From: Candidatus Pacebacteria bacterium CG_4_9_14_0_2_um_filter_40_15
GTDB lineage: Bacteria; Patescibacteriota; Microgenomatia; UBA1400; PJMF01
NCBI GenBank assembly: GCA_002788675.1
Contig: PFRS01000004.1
Location: forward strand, 1-49,170
DNA: 49,170 bases
Direction: 5' to 3'
Position numbers and translations under genes: made by a program. Each line of letters begins with the position of its first letter. The first letter of the stretch is position 1. The notes beneath the pieces were generated by a model. The model was not told the origin of the DNA. It searched no databases and saw only the letters and a program-made list of their open reading frames with translations. Shown in pieces: positions 47,027-49,170 of this stretch.

Positions 47027-47092
47027 ATATATTTCTTTTTTTTACAATAACATACTTTAGTTAACTTACATAGCTGTCACGCAGTAAGGAAA

Positions 47093-47136
47093 ACAAAAAA
47101 CCACTGGATGGTGGTTTGCATGCAAATTATAGATTA
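47093..47136 (-). repeat. Imperfect copy of the 16S trailer/terminator (partner of 48792-48839)
   Basis: ACAAAAAACCACTGGATGGTGGTT..GCAAATTATAGATTA vs ACAAAAAAACCACCGATTGGTGGTT..ACAAATTATAGACTTA. Confidence 0.7.
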
Positions 47137-47193
47137 ATTGCACTCATTGCTTTGCTGTGAGTGCATCAAATGCTGAAAGAGGGTGATCCATGC

Positions 47194-48729
47194 TTAAGAA
47201 AATGTGTTTGCTTTGAGCTGTTGGGCCACATCTGTAGCAAATGCAAGTATTTGATCAGGAGCTTGCTGGGTTATAAAGTTTTTACTCACTGGCCGCATAA
47301 AGCCCCATTCTGAGGTTGGCACTGAAATAGTTTTTTTTCTTTGTTTTAGGCCAGAATCAATGACCTCTCTGGTTTCTTGGCTTGTGGGTGAGTACCAGCA
47401 TCCTGCGAGGAAGGTTGTTTTGTTTACAACCGTGGTTTTTATGCATAGGCCAGCACGGAGTCCATTTTGAGTACCTTTAACAAGAAGAAAGTCATTAACA
47501 AGTAGAACTTGATCAGTCTCAGCTGCCTCTAGCAAGTATTTTTCTGAGTTTAAACAGAGATACCAATCTTTGAAACCTGGTCTTAATGTAATATCGCTTT
47601 CAAGTGTGTCTGCATTTAGGGTGTTTGCTATTGCGCGGGGTAGTTCGGTAATATCAAAAGCTATCAACAAAAATGCAACTATTCCTCTAACTTTTGATTC
47701 ATAAGGAATGAGTGATACTAAGATAGCTATGAGTGCTGCTACAAATTCCTTGTCGAGTAATTTGGGAATATCTTCAAAACTAAGTCCATATTTCGCAAGA
47801 GTTTTGTTGACATTGAGAGATTCTCTAGTAAAGAGAGTTTCAAGTAGTTTAATTTTTTTCCAGCTGTTGGTATCTTCTAAATACATTTTTTTAATGAGTT
47901 CCAGAGCAGTGTCTTTAATTTCATTTGGCAGGTTAAATAATGAAGGAATAAAATTACTTTCGAAAGCTAGTTCCTGGGTAATTTCCAGTTCAATCTTATT
48001 ATTTTCTTTACCTGAAAATGAATCTTTGAGCCTTCCCCTGAACCCAGTGTTCTTTTTTGCAAAGTTTGGAGGAAGTAGTTCTTTTAAGAAGGGATTCTTT
48101 TCACAAAACGAGGTGAGTATGAATCTGTATTTTTCACTTTCATCATCATCTGTGTTAGCTATAAGTGTATTTTGAACAGCCAGAAAAAAGTTTTCCCATC
48201 CGGTGATGATGTTTGTGGGCAGCGTTTCTTCTGTCTCAAACAGTTCGAGCGTTTGTGATTCTAAAAATAACAGTACTGAAATAAAATGGGGAACAAAGCT
48301 ATCTTCTCGTTCTTTTTGGATAAATAGAGCCAAGTCTTCGAGATTTTTTGTCAGCGGTTTGTATCTACTCAGCTCAACATACCTGTACATAACGGTATCT
48401 TTATCTGAATCTGAAAATAATTCGATAAGATTTTGTATATGTGGGAGAATCTCAGGTCGCTGAACCAATATTTCTTGTACAAAGTTAGAAATAGATATCT
48501 CAATTGGAAGAGGTTTTGTCGTATCATAATTTGGATTGTATCTTTGTAATACTGCGCTGGTAAGTTGCTCAATAATAGTTTGATTGACTGGTCCATGACT
48601 GAGGTTTTTTTTCAGTCTATCTGTAATAGTAATTGCGTGGTCTGTTAGAAAAAAATCAAGACGCTCAGCATCTGACATCAGGCTTAACTCATCAGTTCTG
48701 GTTATTTGTTCATCATCAATAGTACCCAT
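47194..48729 (-). CDS. Hypothetical protein with two short hydrophobic segments
   Basis: 511-aa ORF; no recognised motif. Confidence 0.75.
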   Translation of the reverse strand: MGTIDDEQITRTDELSLMSDAERLDFFLTDHAITITDRLKKNLSHGPVNQTIIEQLTSAVLQRYNPNYDTTKPLPIEISISNFVQEILVQRPEILPHIQNLIELFSDSDKDTVMYRYVELSRYKPLTKNLEDLALFIQKEREDSFVPHFISVLLFLESQTLELFETEETLPTNIITGWENFFLAVQNTLIANTDDDESEKYRFILTSFCEKNPFLKELLPPNFAKKNTGFRGRLKDSFSGKENNKIELEITQELAFESNFIPSLFNLPNEIKDTALELIKKMYLEDTNSWKKIKLLETLFTRESLNVNKTLAKYGLSFEDIPKLLDKEFVAALIAILVSLIPYESKVRGIVAFLLIAFDITELPRAIANTLNADTLESDITLRPGFKDWYLCLNSEKYLLEAAETDQVLLVNDFLLVKGTQNGLRAGLCIKTTVVNKTTFLAGCWYSPTSQETREVIDSGLKQRKKTISVPTSEWGFMRPVSKNFITQQAPDQILAFATDVAQQLKANTFS

Positions 48730-48791
48730 TTTTAAAGTGTAGCACTCTTTTTATTTAAGAGATAGTAATTATAGATATAGGTGGTTTTGAT

Positions 48792-48817
48792 ACAAAAAAA
48801 CCACCGATTGGTGGTTA
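48792..48817 (-). terminator. Intrinsic terminator after 16S rRNA
   Basis: Minus strand AACCACC-aatc-GGTGGTT-TTTTT. Confidence 0.8.
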
Positions 48818-48965
48818 ACTTGCACAAATTATAGACTTATCAAATATTCACATGATGGTAGATCGCTGGCCCGGATATGATGATCTCGGGGCTTTCGTCG
48901 ATTGATTCATTTGTCTTGCGACAAATGGGAATGGGAGGTCGTGATACTCCTACCCAACTCCTTAG

Positions 48966-49170
48966 AAAGGAGGTGATCCATCCGCACCTTCCAGTACGGA
49001 TACCTTGTTACGACTTAGTCCTCATCGCCAACCTCACCGTAGAAGGGCCGCTCCAGTAAACTGGTTACGGTCACCCGCTTCGGGCGCTGCTGACTTTGCT
49101 GGCTTGACGGGCAGTGTGTACAAGGAGCGAGAACGTATTCACCGCAACCTGCTGATTTGCGATTACTACC
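48966..49170 (-). rRNA. rrs: 16S rRNA, 3' end (truncated by the window)
   Basis: Reverse complement contains AAGTCGTAACAAGGTA and GGATCACCTCCTTT. Confidence 0.98.

Noticed and set aside
48877-49059. 60-aa ORF
   Set aside because: Antisense to 16S rRNA.
1-49170. Alternative genetic code (UGA read as Gly, as in Gracilibacteria/Absconditabacteria)
   Set aside because: Conserved genes are full length under code 11, and miaA ends at TGA at the expected position.

Overview
Chromosomal window from a small-genome, genetic-code-11 bacterium, most likely CPR/Patescibacteria (Microgenomates-like; inferred from gene content, not from a search). The housekeeping backbone includes infC-rpmI-rplT, tig, miaB-miaA, rnpB, uppP, comM/yifB, gap, pyrH, a FemAB-family gene, pcrA, tpiA, lon, three tRNAs (Val, Cys, Ile) and the 3' end of an apparently unlinked 16S rRNA. 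A ~9.4 kb element (2366-11776) is integrated at the 3' end of tRNA-Val(GAC). Its large serine recombinase appears to be split by its own attachment site, so excision would swap the enzyme's C-terminus. The element carries a divergent retron-like system: promoter with palindrome, ~300-nt structured RNA, an unannotated 54-aa ORF partly buried in that RNA, an XRE-HTH protein and a reverse transcriptase. It also carries a DUF3800-like gene facing a tiny antisense unit, and surface-protein genes. Elsewhere there are stand-alone accessory genes whose leaders pair with their trailers, small tRNA-3'-end elements, and an acyltransferase/giant hydrolase block between tRNA-Ile and 16S. All calls were made by eye from motifs; no searches or folding programs were run.
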